Source: Candidatus Bathyarchaeota archaeon
GTDB lineage: Archaea; Thermoproteota; Bathyarchaeia; 40CM-2-53-6
Assembly: GCA_963733055.1 (NCBI GenBank)
Contig: CAVTBR010000001.1
Span: forward strand, 672,001 to 736,000
Direction of reading: 5' to 3'
DNA length: 64,000 nucleotides
The translations under genes and the position numbers were made by a program. Under the pieces are notes generated by a model, which worked only from the letters and a program-made list of their open reading frames with translations, made no database searches and was not told the origin of the DNA. Within the stretch, counting starts at the first letter, position 1. The number at the start of each line of letters is the position of its first letter. Shown here piece by piece: positions 18,356 to 29,374 of this stretch.

Positions 18356-19889
18356 CTAGCTTGGCTCTTTGATCAGATCCGCCCATACTTTAGCTGGTTT
18401 CCAGTTGTGAACGATAGTTTTGAGTCGGGTCATTTCCTCGATGCTGTACCCAATACCTTCCCTGCCCATCCCCGAATCCTTGTTACCTCCAAAGGGATAG
18501 TAGCCAACACCATGACGAGGGGCGGCATTTATCGTCACTTCGCCGTCCTCCAAACGTTTGGCAACTTTCCTTCCGAGATTCATGTCGTTTGTGAAAACGC
18601 AGGAATCCAACCCGAACCTCGACTTGTTGGCAAGCTGAATGGCCTCGTCAACGTCTCTCACATTTCCAATCGGGATAACAGGCCCGAAGGTTTCCTCCCA
18701 CATAACTCGAGCTTCAAGAGGCACTTCGTTTAGAACGGTAGGTTGATAGTAATTTCCTTCGAACTTTCCGCCGGTCAGCAACTTTGCCCCCTTACTTACA
18801 GCGTCGGTCACTAACCCATGCACTCGTTCTACAGCAGTGTGGTCTATTAGCGGGCCCAACGTAACGGTTGAATCACGTGGATCCCCCATTTTGTACGAGC
18901 CAACTTCCTTCATCAGCTTCTTTACGAATATGTCCGCGACTTCTTTCTCGACAAGTACTCTTGAAATCGCGTCGCATCTTTGGCCGCTGTAGCTCAGCGA
19001 CCCCTTGACAGTTTCAGTCGCGGCAAGGTCTAGGTTGGCGTCTTTGAGTATGATTGCACATCCTTTTCCTCCGAGTTCCATATGCAGCACCTTGAGACCC
19101 GCGACTCGCGCGAGGGTTTTTCCAACCTCAGTACTGCCGGTGAATGTCAGCATGCTAATTTTATCATGGGTTGCGAGGTATTCCCCAATGGGACCTCTCC
19201 CGGTTATCACATTTAGAGAGCCCTTTGGTATACCTGCCAGTTCCAGTAGCCTTGAGAACATGAGGAAGGAAAGTGGGTCTTTGCTTGAGGTTTTTACTAC
19301 GACTGAATTTCCTGCCAGAAGCGCGGGAATAACTTTGGTGGCGGTTATGTATAGTGGGTAATTGAATGGGGCGATTGCCAGAACGACTCCCAACGGTTCC
19401 CTTAGCACATCCGCATCAGTTCCAACCGTCTCATCAGACCAGTCCCCCGGTATGTGTTCCCCTCGGATCTTTCCGTACTCTTCGGGGGTAAGTTTCAACC
19501 GTTCCGCGGTTGCTTTGACTTCGCCTTGAGCATTGGACTTGGGCTTGCCGGCTTCTAATGTTAGGATCGACACGAATGATTCCGAGTTCTGTAGTAGCAG
19601 TTCGCGTGCGCGTTGGAAGATCTCAATCTTGTTCACGGCTGGGATGACTCTGATGGAGCTGCGGTTAGTGTACGCCGCCTCAACTGCGCAGTCCAGCCTC
19701 CTGCTCCGATGAGCTCGGGACGGTTGCAACTAAGCCCTCGTCAATGGGGCTTCGAACTTCAATTCTCTCCTTTAACGAAACCCAGTTTCCCTCAAGAAGC
19801 ATTTTGAATTCTAGGACCCCGGAATCGGCCAATTCGTAGATTGGCTCGAAAACCTTTGCAAGCTTTGTCTCGTGTTGATTTGTTTTCAT
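18356..19889 (-). pseudogene. gapN: Non-phosphorylating glyceraldehyde-3-phosphate dehydrogenase (GAPN-type ALDH), one frameshift near 19692 (likely assembly error)
   Basis: Two ORFs join (EQEA/DCAVEAA); IPGDW, PFNYP, FTGSTEVG, ELGGK, GQRC, EETFGP, PRHGVGYYPFGG. Confidence 0.85.
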
Positions 19890-19911
19890 CACTAAAACCT
19901 CCACCAAAATT

Positions 19912-20307
19912 CTAATCGAGTATAGCTTCAGCCTCTATTTCAACGAGAATTTCTGGGCTGATTAACTTCTTGACCTCGACCATGGTAGTCGTCGGCCTGA
20001 TATCCTTGAAGACAGCGCCATGGGCTTTTGCGACCTCTTCCCATCGACTTATGTCGGTGACGTAAATTCTCGTTCGAACCACATCTTCGAGCTTGGAGCC
20101 AACCGATTCTAGCGCTCCTCGAATATTACTTAAAGCCTGAGCGGCCTGCTGCCCCGCATCTCCAATGCCGATCACTTTTCCTTTGGAGTCTGTCGCGGTT
20201 GTGCCGGAGACGTGCACGATTTTACCGACTCTGATTGATCGCGAATAACCTACGATCGGTTCCCATTTTGTCCCTGAAGAATACTTCACTCTATCAGACA
20301 TGTTCAT
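19912..20307 (-). CDS. RidA/YjgF family protein
   Basis: WEPIVGYSR, VSGTT, VVRTRIYV, IRP, LVEIEAEA. Confidence 0.92.
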   Translation of the reverse strand: MNMSDRVKYSSGTKWEPIVGYSRSIRVGKIVHVSGTTATDSKGKVIGIGDAGQQAAQALSNIRGALESVGSKLEDVVRTRIYVTDISRWEEVAKAHGAVFKDIRPTTTMVEVKKLISPEILVEIEAEAILD

Positions 20308-20375
20308 CCACGTTCCATCCGACTTTGACCGCGTCTATAAAGCGGTCCCTACAGGTTTGGTGTTGGGACTAAGGC

Positions 20376-21239
20376 CTAAGCTTTCGCGGCCCTGATGAAC
20401 GAAACGGGCCAGTCAAAGCTGAAGTTTTTGTTTCTTGTGAACTCTCTTAGGGCATTGGCAAGTTCACTGTACAATACTCTACGCTCTTTCTTGGGTAATT
20501 CTTTGAACTCCCGTCTGAGGCTCGCACTACTGAATCGCATGTCAAGGAAATCGTATACCCCGCCAAGGCGAACATGGTATATTCTTTCCTTCACGGTTAA
20601 TCGTGTGAAACCGGCACGTCTAAGCTCCCGAAGCTGAAAGCTCAGGGACATTTTCCGATAGCCGTACCGCTCGAAAGTGGCGAGAGCGGTTCGCTGAGTT
20701 CTCAGCGTAGCCGAAGGATTAACGGTTCGATGTCGTTGCAGGACCTCTCCGAAAATCCTGTGAACTTCAACGTTCTTCAGACGCCAATTACTGTAAGCAA
20801 AACAACCACCCTTCTTGAGAACCCTGTAGGATTCCGTAGCTACCTCATCGAAATTTACGCCCGATATTCCGCAATTCGAGAACACTGAGTCAAAAAGGTC
20901 GTCTGGCAAGTACAAATGCCTGGCATCCATAAACAAGAACCTCAGATTCCTCCGGCTAGTCTTCGAGGCTTTGCGAATTGCCGCGTCCAACATCTGCCTC
21001 GATCGGTCGAAACCGAAAACAAAACCTCCGTGCCCCACAAGCCTAGCCGCCTCTAACGCGGCGACACCGGTCCCAGTCCCAAGATCAAGTGCAACTTGCC
21101 CTCCAGAGACTCCAGCGTCCCTGACCAGATCACGCGCGAATCTACGAAAGATCGGAACCCAATGAAGCTCCCATGCCTCCGCATCTTTGTCCCAGAAACT
21201 CTGGCGAAGTCTATCGGCCTCCTCAACCGTCATCCTCAA
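20376..21239 (-). CDS. Class I SAM-dependent methyltransferase (UbiE-like)
   Basis: ALDLGTGTG, FD, MDA, RVLKKGG. Confidence 0.88.
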   Translation of the reverse strand: MRMTVEEADRLRQSFWDKDAEAWELHWVPIFRRFARDLVRDAGVSGGQVALDLGTGTGVAALEAARLVGHGGFVFGFDRSRQMLDAAIRKASKTSRRNLRFLFMDARHLYLPDDLFDSVFSNCGISGVNFDEVATESYRVLKKGGCFAYSNWRLKNVEVHRIFGEVLQRHRTVNPSATLRTQRTALATFERYGYRKMSLSFQLRELRRAGFTRLTVKERIYHVRLGGVYDFLDMRFSSASLRREFKELPKKERRVLYSELANALREFTRNKNFSFDWPVSFIRAAKA

Positions 21240-21353
21240 AGAGTAGCCACTTCACCGTCCGGACCGCGGGCTTGTCAACTTAACGTTTATCACGGCTCAT
21301 ATTAGCGGAAGCAGAATGGAAAATTGGGGAGAGATTAAAGCGGGTAGTTGGTT

Positions 21354-21863
21354 TCAGCTGGTTTGGTAGCGGATAGCTGCGAGTTCTACGTCCCACTGTG
21401 CGTTGTATTCGCCGAGGAAGTCACTGGAAGCGTGCATCAGCACACCACCTGAGCCGTTGCCAATATCCTGTCCGTAGATTACGAAGTAACCTATGCCGCC
21501 ATCTGGAGCTGTGGCTGGGCCCTGGTATACGGAAGTGTGTGCGTCAAAGTTGTAGTCGCCTCTCCACCGTCCGACGTCGACGACGTAATTCTTGTTCCTG
21601 ATTTGAAATGTACCTGACAGTATTTGGAAGATGACATTGTGTGGGCCGACGAAGGTAACTTGCACTGTGAGTTCAAGATTAGCTGGGCCAGTGAGCAATT
21701 GTCCGTTGACCCAAGCCTGGGCTAAACCGTGGAGCGTAACGATTGAATACTGATCTCCGACAGCCAAGGTTCCAGTGTATAACGGATCAGCGAAGACGGA
21801 GGTTATTGAGAGGTTCAGCAGCGCGACTCCGAGCACTATTGGGAGTAGACGTTTTGTCTGCAT
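21354..21863 (-). CDS. Secreted hypothetical protein
   Basis: Signal peptide ending VFA; GGTGGTGA SD; beta-rich. Confidence 0.75.
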   Translation of the reverse strand: MQTKRLLPIVLGVALLNLSITSVFADPLYTGTLAVGDQYSIVTLHGLAQAWVNGQLLTGPANLELTVQVTFVGPHNVIFQILSGTFQIRNKNYVVDVGRWRGDYNFDAHTSVYQGPATAPDGGIGYFVIYGQDIGNGSGGVLMHASSDFLGEYNAQWDVELAAIRYQTS

Positions 21864-21932
21864 TTTTCTATCACCACCTAGCCCATTGGCTCACCTAATT
21901 TAAGGCGGTTCAGAAGGAATGATCTGGACGAA

Positions 21933-23582
21933 TTGTCAATGACCGTTCGGTCGCCAGAAAGGCCGTGGATGGGTAGTTGGCCTCAACATGTGCCTAAGTC
22001 GATTGATTATCCGGAGATCTCACTAGGTCAGATGCTTCACAAAGCTGCACGAAACTTTCCCAAAAGCCCGGCTTTGTACTATTCGAAGCAGAAGATTACT
22101 TTCTCTGAACTAGAAACGCTTGCGGGAAGGTTTGGAAGCGCTCTCCAAGAATGCGGGGTCAGGAAAGGGGAACGAGTCGCTCTTTATCTCCCGAATATTC
22201 CCGAGTTTGTCGTCGCATATTATGGCCTGCTAGCGATAGGCGCGATCGGGGTTGCAATCAGCCCGCTCTACAAAGAAAGAGAACTTCTCCATATCCTAAC
22301 AGACTCAGAAGCAAGAATCATTGTTTGCTGGGACAGACTCCTAAAAGTGATCGAAGCGGCTCGAAACAAGTGGAAACTCGATCGCATTATCACAGCCACT
22401 GGCCGCGATGAATCGTTGCGATCCCCTACTCGAACTCAGGAAAACTCTACAATAGGAACTGAGAATATGAATACACTTATCGCGAAAAACACCACTCCCC
22501 CATCTCTCGCTGACGTTCAACCCACGAAAGATATCGCGCTCCTTCAATATACCGGGGGAACGACTGGCGCGCCTAAGGGCGCGATGTTAACCCACCATAA
22601 CCTGGTGGCTAACGCGAGCCAGTTCGCCACCTGGCTGGGGATGAAAGCTGGAGAAATTCACGTGGCTGCGTTGCCACTATTCCACATCTACGGCATGACG
22701 GTGGCGATGAACGCGCCCATCCTCACGTCCGGTTCGATCGCCCTTATCTCTGACCCGCGGGACATTGACGCAATTCTTCAAGCCATCGATGATCTGAAGC
22801 CTACTGTATTCTGCGGCGTCCCAGCCACCTACCTCGCAATCATCCATCGACCCGACGTGAACAGAGATAGGATGAGCTCAATTCGCGTTTGCGTATCAGG
22901 AGCGTCACCCCTACCCATGCAAATTCAACAAGAATTCGAACACTTGACCGGGGGGAGACTTGTTGAAGGATACGGTTTGACCGAGGCGAGCCCCGTTACA
23001 CACGTCAACCCACTTGACCGCCCAGGAAAAAATCGTTCGGGTTCAATCGGCATACCAATTTCGGACACGGAAGCGAAGATAGTGGACGCAGAAACGGGAA
23101 TGCATGTTCAGCCAATCGGCACTCCTGGAGAACTCGTGATACGCGGACCACAGGTGATGATCGGTTACTGGCGCAACGCAAACGAGACCTCAGTAACCTT
23201 ACGGAATGGTTGGCTTAACTCCGGCGACATCGCGAGCATGGATTCAGACGGATACTTCCGCATAGTAGACCGCAAGAAGGATATGATCAATGTTTCCGGA
23301 ATGAAGGTCTGGCCGAAGGAAGTGGAAGAAGTACTGTGTGAGCATCCGGCCATCAAAGAAGCGGCCGCAGTATCAACTCCCGACCCTACCAGCGGGGAGG
23401 CTGTTAAGGCGTATGTGGTTCTGAGAGACAATTACAAAGTTACGGCCACAGAAATCGTTAATTTCTGCAAGGAAAAAATTGCCAACTACAAAGCCCCGAA
23501 GATAGTGGTGTTCCGAGAAGCATTGCCAAAGAACTCGATCGGCAAGATCCTTAGAAGAGAACTCAGAAACGAAACAGTCTAG
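21933..23582 (+). CDS. Long-chain fatty acid-CoA ligase
   Basis: LQYTGGTTGAPKG, EGYGLTE, SGD, IVDRKKD, LPKNSIGKILRR. Confidence 0.93.
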   Translation: MSMTVRSPERPWMGSWPQHVPKSIDYPEISLGQMLHKAARNFPKSPALYYSKQKITFSELETLAGRFGSALQECGVRKGERVALYLPNIPEFVVAYYGLLAIGAIGVAISPLYKERELLHILTDSEARIIVCWDRLLKVIEAARNKWKLDRIITATGRDESLRSPTRTQENSTIGTENMNTLIAKNTTPPSLADVQPTKDIALLQYTGGTTGAPKGAMLTHHNLVANASQFATWLGMKAGEIHVAALPLFHIYGMTVAMNAPILTSGSIALISDPRDIDAILQAIDDLKPTVFCGVPATYLAIIHRPDVNRDRMSSIRVCVSGASPLPMQIQQEFEHLTGGRLVEGYGLTEASPVTHVNPLDRPGKNRSGSIGIPISDTEAKIVDAETGMHVQPIGTPGELVIRGPQVMIGYWRNANETSVTLRNGWLNSGDIASMDSDGYFRIVDRKKDMINVSGMKVWPKEVEEVLCEHPAIKEAAAVSTPDPTSGEAVKAYVVLRDNYKVTATEIVNFCKEKIANYKAPKIVVFREALPKNSIGKILRRELRNETV

Positions 23583-23722
23583 CGACTGGCAATCAAGACT
23601 TCCATCTCTTCATCAGTGTGGAAGGTCTATACAAGTTTCTGCCGCGCATCGTCTGGTATTTAGACTAAACAGTTAAGAAGCCGCCAACTTCGAGCCCATA
23701 CAGATTCGCTAAGTGATCCAAG

Positions 23723-25675
23723 ATGGCCCTTCGTGAAATACTTCCAACTACGACGCTGATATTCCCTGAAAACCGTCCGAACATAAAGAAACTCGCCGAG
23801 ATTCATCGAGAAAGCTTGGAGAAACCCGACGCTTTCTGGCGAAAGATTGCTGGTGAACTCTTCTGGTATGAGAAGGAAGGGCCCGCCTTTGAAGAAATGG
23901 CCCAGCCCCCTTATGGTCGTTGGTTCCCGGCGTGGAAGAGTAATATTTCGTATAATGCACTCGATCGCCACGTCTCTGGGCCGAAGAAGAATAAAATCGC
24001 TTACTATTGGGAAGGAGAGAACGGAGACAAACGAACGCTCACTTACAATGAACTTTACGAAGAGGTTAACAAGCTTGCTTCCGCTCTAAAGAAGCTGGGA
24101 ATCAAGAAAGGCGATAGGATCACAATATACCTCCCCATGATTCCTGAACTTCCAATCAGCATGCTGGCAGCGGTTAGAGTTGGAGCGATTCACTCCGTAA
24201 TCTTCGCAGGTTTCACAGCTCAATCAATCGCGAACAGAATAGATGACTCGAAATCAAAGCTTGTCATAACCGCAGATGGGTCTTTCAGGAAAGGAAAGAC
24301 GCTGGAACTCAAAACAATCGTAGACGCAGCCATCAAGCAAACGATTGGCGTCGAAAAAGTCATCGTCGTGAGAAGAGCGAAGAACCAAGTCAACATGGAA
24401 GAGGGACGTGATCTTTGGTATCATGATCTGATAGCTTCGGCTGAGAAGTTCGTCGAGCCGGAACCTGCTGAAGGTATCCACCCAAGCTTCATCCTCTACA
24501 CTTCCGGTACGACTGGAAAACCAAAGGGAACAACCCACAGCAACGGCGGCTATATGACGTGGGCGTATTACACGATGAAAGCGGTTTTCGATGTTAATGA
24601 CAGTGACATCTACTGGTGCACTGCTGATATCGGTTGGATAACCGGACACACGTACATCGTCTATGGGCCTTTGATAAGAGGGATTACCTCACTCATTTAC
24701 GAGGGCACCCCAGACTATCCACAGCCTGATAGATGGTGGGACCTCGTCGAGAAGTACAAGGTCACAATCATCTACACAAGCCCTACGGCAATTAGAATGC
24801 ACATGAAATTCGGCGAACAATGGGCTCAGAAACACACCCTAACAACCTTGAGGCTACTCGGCTCGGTGGGCGAACCAATCAACCCTGAAGCCTGGAAATG
24901 GTACTTCAAGAACATCGGGCGGGAGAAAACGCCCATCGTTGACACTTGGTGGCAAACCGAGACGGGAGGAATCCTAATCAGCCCTCAACCTGGAATCACA
25001 CCGATTCCGCTGAAACAAGGATCGGCAACATTGCCACTTGCTGGCGTTGATGCTGATGTTTACAGTGAGAACGGTACCCCAACCAAACCAGGCGAGAAAG
25101 GTTACATGGTCATTAAACGGCCTTGGCCGGGGCAATTCATGACCCTTTGGCATGATGCTGAGAAGTTCAAACAGGTCTACTTCACAAGGTTCCCAGGGAT
25201 ATATTACGCCGGAGACTTCGCCATGAAGGACGATGACGGTTACTTCTGGCTCCTGGGTCGAGCTGATGAAGTGTTGAAGGTTGCGGGCCATAGAATAGGA
25301 ACAATCGAACTTGAGGATAGTTTGATCGCACACCCCGCGGTGGCTGAGTCTGCTGTAATCGGAAAATCCGACCCCGTGAAGATGGAAGTACCGGTGGCTT
25401 TCGTCGTCCTCAGACCTGGCTTCAACCCAACCCCCGAACTCAAGAAGGAACTCGCAAACCAGGTAAGAAACACAATCGGCCCAATCGCGGTCCCCGAGAC
25501 AATCTACTTCGTCAGCAAACTACCCAAAACACGCAGCGCCAAAATAATGCGACGAGTGATGAAAGCAGTTGTTGAGAATAAGGCCATCGGCGACGTTACT
25601 ACGATCGAAGATGAAACCAGTGTAGAGGAAATGAAGAACGCCTACAGCGGTCTGCAGGCCGAGATTAAGAGCTAA
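23723..25675 (+). CDS. acs: Acetyl-CoA synthetase (AMP-forming)
   Basis: YTSGTTGKPKG, TADIGWITGH, VGEPINP, DTWWQTETG, LPKTRSAKIMRR. Confidence 0.95.
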   Translation: MALREILPTTTLIFPENRPNIKKLAEIHRESLEKPDAFWRKIAGELFWYEKEGPAFEEMAQPPYGRWFPAWKSNISYNALDRHVSGPKKNKIAYYWEGENGDKRTLTYNELYEEVNKLASALKKLGIKKGDRITIYLPMIPELPISMLAAVRVGAIHSVIFAGFTAQSIANRIDDSKSKLVITADGSFRKGKTLELKTIVDAAIKQTIGVEKVIVVRRAKNQVNMEEGRDLWYHDLIASAEKFVEPEPAEGIHPSFILYTSGTTGKPKGTTHSNGGYMTWAYYTMKAVFDVNDSDIYWCTADIGWITGHTYIVYGPLIRGITSLIYEGTPDYPQPDRWWDLVEKYKVTIIYTSPTAIRMHMKFGEQWAQKHTLTTLRLLGSVGEPINPEAWKWYFKNIGREKTPIVDTWWQTETGGILISPQPGITPIPLKQGSATLPLAGVDADVYSENGTPTKPGEKGYMVIKRPWPGQFMTLWHDAEKFKQVYFTRFPGIYYAGDFAMKDDDGYFWLLGRADEVLKVAGHRIGTIELEDSLIAHPAVAESAVIGKSDPVKMEVPVAFVVLRPGFNPTPELKKELANQVRNTIGPIAVPETIYFVSKLPKTRSAKIMRRVMKAVVENKAIGDVTTIEDETSVEEMKNAYSGLQAEIKS

Positions 25676-25697
25676 TCGTCCGAGGAGTTGAGCTAAG

Positions 25698-26273
25698 ATG
25701 AGCCAAAAAGAATCTCTGCTAGCGAACCCCGCGCCCCTTGGCTTAATGGGATTCGGGATGACGACGATCTTACTGAATCTAGCTAACGTCGGTCTATTCG
25801 GAGTTAGCAGCATAATCGTCGCAATGGGAATCTTCTACGGTGGTCTAGCACAGATAATAGCTGGCATAATGGAATTCCGAAAGGGCAACACATTCGGAAC
25901 TCTTGCCTTCACCTCCTACGGACTCTTCTGGCTAACCCTCGTCTTCATCATCATATCCTCGGTCGAACGACCCGCCGTTACCCCCGACAACACCGCGTGG
26001 GCAGCATACCTGTTCATTTGGGGGCTCTTCACTCTAGGGATGTTCTTCGGGACACTAAAAACAAACAGAGCCCTTCAAACAATATTCCTATCGCTCGCAA
26101 TACTCTTCTTCCTACTCACCGCCGCACACTTCATCCCACAACTGCAACTAATCGCCGGAATCGAAGGAGTCTTCTGCGGCTTCAGTGCATTCTACCTCTC
26201 CATTGCAGAAATCATAAACGAAGCCCATAAACACGTCATCCTCCCCATCGGCCCCATAAAAGTCAAACAATGA
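25698..26273 (+). CDS. satP: Acetate uptake transporter SatP (GPR1/FUN34/YaaH)
   Basis: ANPAPLGLMGFGMTT, YGGLAQ, GNTFG, SYGLFW; follows acs. Confidence 0.93.
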   Translation: MSQKESLLANPAPLGLMGFGMTTILLNLANVGLFGVSSIIVAMGIFYGGLAQIIAGIMEFRKGNTFGTLAFTSYGLFWLTLVFIIISSVERPAVTPDNTAWAAYLFIWGLFTLGMFFGTLKTNRALQTIFLSLAILFFLLTAAHFIPQLQLIAGIEGVFCGFSAFYLSIAEIINEAHKHVILPIGPIKVKQ

Positions 26274-26669
26274 GCAAATAATCAGAAAAACGGCTTCCAA
26301 TTCGTCAAGACTTGCGTCGGCAAGAACACCATACCACGAATGACATTCTTCATTTCTCAGGGGCAGGCTTTGGACTCTCACAATATCAGCGAATAAATCC
26401 GGAACCATTGAGTCTGGAACAAGGGCTTCCGTGTCGGCCTCTATCTCCTGCACACCAAACATCGGTTCCTAACATGCGGCATGCCCTATGGCATGTTCAA
26501 TCTCAACTATGCTACCCGGCGAAAGTGTATCTTGAGCACTGCTCGGTTTACGACTCTAACAAAAAATTAGATTGCAAAACTTTCAATCATCCATGATTGA
26601 CTTGGTTGGCTACTCGGTGTGCAAAGCGATATATCCACACTGAGAGGATATTTTGTCGAGGTGAATGTT

Positions 26670-27007
26670 TTGCCACATGGATTTTTGATGATGCCAGCTC
26701 CTTGCCCTGAATCAGGTAAGAAAGCGCATTATTTCATTACAATGGTAAAATTCAATCCGGGAAAGGTGCGATGGACTTTATGAAAGCAGCGGATAGCGCG
26801 GATAAAACGCTGCCCGGTGGAACCAGACATAGTCGCGGTATACATGAAGAGATGACCTTCGTAACCTTGGGGCAGTATGATATGGTGATGATATGGTACG
26901 CACCGGATCTGTCTACTATGGTCAAGTACTGGCAGGAACTGCTGGACGCGTGCGGCGCCGACCTTGGAAAAACTGAGACGCTAGTAGCAGTTTCAAAAGG
27001 CGCTTAG
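26670..27007 (+). pseudogene. GYD-domain protein with -1 frameshift at 26759-26765
   Basis: SD GAGGTGA then TTG 26670 reading ...YFITMVKFNPGK; continues in -1 frame with TLGQYDMV...APD...KTETLVA. Confidence 0.7.
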
Positions 27008-27112
27008 TCACATCGCGGCGACTGGAGACGTAATCTGGCTCCCTCTCTTTTTCTATCTCTTAATGTGAAGAGTTAAGTCAAGCATCGGCGCTTTCCTATC
27101 GGGGACCCGCTC

Positions 27113-27820
27113 GTGCAGATCCCGATAATTGACCGCTTAACTACTAGTGCCGTTCCAACCGGTTCGAACTTACTAGTCGAGTTCGATCCCGCCTCGCAAT
27201 GGTTTAACGCCTCCCTTACGATTGCCGCGGGATGGATAAAGAGCGGTGGAGGAGTCAGCTACAGCGTGTCCACGCAACCACCGGCCAAGATTCGGCTTAA
27301 ACTCAAACGTTTGGGGGTGGATACAGAGAGCTTAGAGGAGGAAGGGATGTTACGCATTTGGGATTGGTACTCTGCCACCCTAGGTCAGAAATCGAAGGAG
27401 AAACTCGCAATTACTTCGTTGAAAGTATCGGATCTGAGTATTTGGTATGCGCAACAGCAGTTGCAGGGTCCGTCACTATCGAACAAATTACTAATCATCG
27501 ATGATGGCTCGGTGGGAACTCGGTTCAACGATGAAAAGAATTGGACTGAATTTTCTATTACTCGAATATTCCCAATGGCTAAACTGCGAGATTGCACACT
27601 CCTGGGGAGCCTCTGTAGAGGGATTCATAGCGACTTTACCTATAGGCGGTTCGAAGCCGCGGCGGACGGTGTAATTGATTTCAAGTTAGATGAGACGGTT
27701 GATCCAGTTCAGAACTTGGTTCGAGTCAGATCGATGAAAGATATCGGGTTTGATGGACGTTGGCACCGGCTCAAAATTGGAGAGAACTTCGAAGTAACTC
27801 TGGAGCAGAGTGGGTCATGA
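27113..27820 (+). CDS. KaiC/RAD55-like RecA-fold protein with degenerate Walker A
   Basis: VPTGSNLLVEFDPASQW in place of GxxGxGKT; LIIDD; AADGVIDFK...VRVRSMK. Confidence 0.8.
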   Translation: MQIPIIDRLTTSAVPTGSNLLVEFDPASQWFNASLTIAAGWIKSGGGVSYSVSTQPPAKIRLKLKRLGVDTESLEEEGMLRIWDWYSATLGQKSKEKLAITSLKVSDLSIWYAQQQLQGPSLSNKLLIIDDGSVGTRFNDEKNWTEFSITRIFPMAKLRDCTLLGSLCRGIHSDFTYRRFEAAADGVIDFKLDETVDPVQNLVRVRSMKDIGFDGRWHRLKIGENFEVTLEQSGS

Positions 27821-28009
27821 AACGAAAGGCTGCCGCGGAGCAACGAATTTTGGAGCCATTTGTGGTCGATTAACCAACTTGTGAGTCTGACTCAGGTCCA
27901 GTTTCGCTCATTCGGTAAAGAAGGGTCTTCTATGTAGAAGTATATGCTAAAAGTGCAGGATAATTAAAAGACGACAGTCTATTTTCATACTTTCCTTCAG
28001 GTATGAGAT

Positions 28010-29359
28010 TTGCAGACACTTACGAAAGAACAGCTTCTTGAGAAAGCGAAGAAACCCGCCCTAGACGCAATGAAACTCCACCCCTTCTACCACGGGAAGA
28101 TGGAGATTGTGCCCAAATGTGCGATACGCGACTTCAACGACTTCGCAATATGGTACACGCCCGGGGTTGCTGAACCGTGCAAGGCTATTGAGAAAGATGA
28201 GCGGCTCGTCTACGATTACACGAATAAGTGGAACATGGTTGCCATCGTAACTGACGGAACGAGAGTTCTAGGCTTAGGGGACATCGGCCCCAAAGGCGGA
28301 CTTCCGGTCATGGAAGGTAAGTCAATTCTATACAAGTATCTCGGAGGCGTAGACGCATTTCCAATATGTCTCGGAACGAAAGATCCCGACGAAATCATTA
28401 CGGCCGTGAAGTGGCTTCAACCCACATTCGGCGGAATCAACCTCGAAGATATCTCCCAGCCCAAATGCTTCCGTATACTAGACACCCTCCGGGCCACGGC
28501 TGAGATTCCAGTGTGGCACGACGACCAGCAAGGAACCGCAACAATCGTTCTCGCCGGACTCATAAACGCCCTACACCTAGTCGGCAAGAAGGCTCAGGAT
28601 GTAACGGTTTCATTGATCGGCGCGGGCGCATCAAATGTTGCATGCAGCAGGTTGATGTTCGCTTACGGAATCAAACCGGAGAATACCTTCGTGGTAGACA
28701 CGAAGGGTATACTTGGGCTCGAGAGGAAAGATATCGAAATGCGCAAGGCAGAGTTTGTCGACAAATGGCGCCTCTGCAGAACAACCAACAGCGAACAACG
28801 CAAAGGCGGACCGGCCGAAGCAATGAAAGACGCCGACGTATGCATAGCTCTGTCCAAACCTGGCCCTGACACAATCAAGAAGGAATGGGTCGCATCGATG
28901 AACAAAGATTCCATTCTCTTCGTCTGCGCAAACCCGATCCCGGAAATCTGGCCTTGGGAAGCGAAAGAGGCCGGTGCACGAGTAGTCGCCACGGGTCGAT
29001 CGGACTTTCCAAACCAAGTAAACAACTCGCTAGGATTCCCCGGAATATTCCGTGGAGCCCTGGATGTCAGAGCGCGGACAATAACCGACGATATGTGCAT
29101 CGCCGCCGCGAACGAACTGGCCCTATGCGCCCGCGAGAAAGGCCTGAGCGAGGATTACATCGCCCCCACGATGGACGAGTGGGAAGTCTACCCTAGGGAA
29201 GCGGTTGCGGTCGGGCTCAAAGCGCAGGAGGTGGGCGTGGCAGGCTTGAAACTCACGAAGTCCCAATTGCTTGAGACGGCTACGGCAATTATCAAGAGGT
29301 CAAGGGACATGACCCAGAATTCGATGAAGATGGGCTACATTCCTAAGGTTCCAGATTAG
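28010..29359 (+). CDS. NAD(P)-dependent malic enzyme
   Basis: YTPGVA, VTDGTRVLGLGDIG, PVMEGK, NLEDI, HDDQQGT, GAGA, ATGRSDFPNQVNN. Confidence 0.95.
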   Translation: MQTLTKEQLLEKAKKPALDAMKLHPFYHGKMEIVPKCAIRDFNDFAIWYTPGVAEPCKAIEKDERLVYDYTNKWNMVAIVTDGTRVLGLGDIGPKGGLPVMEGKSILYKYLGGVDAFPICLGTKDPDEIITAVKWLQPTFGGINLEDISQPKCFRILDTLRATAEIPVWHDDQQGTATIVLAGLINALHLVGKKAQDVTVSLIGAGASNVACSRLMFAYGIKPENTFVVDTKGILGLERKDIEMRKAEFVDKWRLCRTTNSEQRKGGPAEAMKDADVCIALSKPGPDTIKKEWVASMNKDSILFVCANPIPEIWPWEAKEAGARVVATGRSDFPNQVNNSLGFPGIFRGALDVRARTITDDMCIAAANELALCAREKGLSEDYIAPTMDEWEVYPREAVAVGLKAQEVGVAGLKLTKSQLLETATAIIKRSRDMTQNSMKMGYIPKVPD

Positions 29360-29374
29360 GAGGAAAAAAGAAAA

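Noticed and set aside
26148-26596. ORFs 26312-26596 (+) and 26148-26462 (-)
   Set aside because: No motif or SD, atypical composition; one overlaps satP
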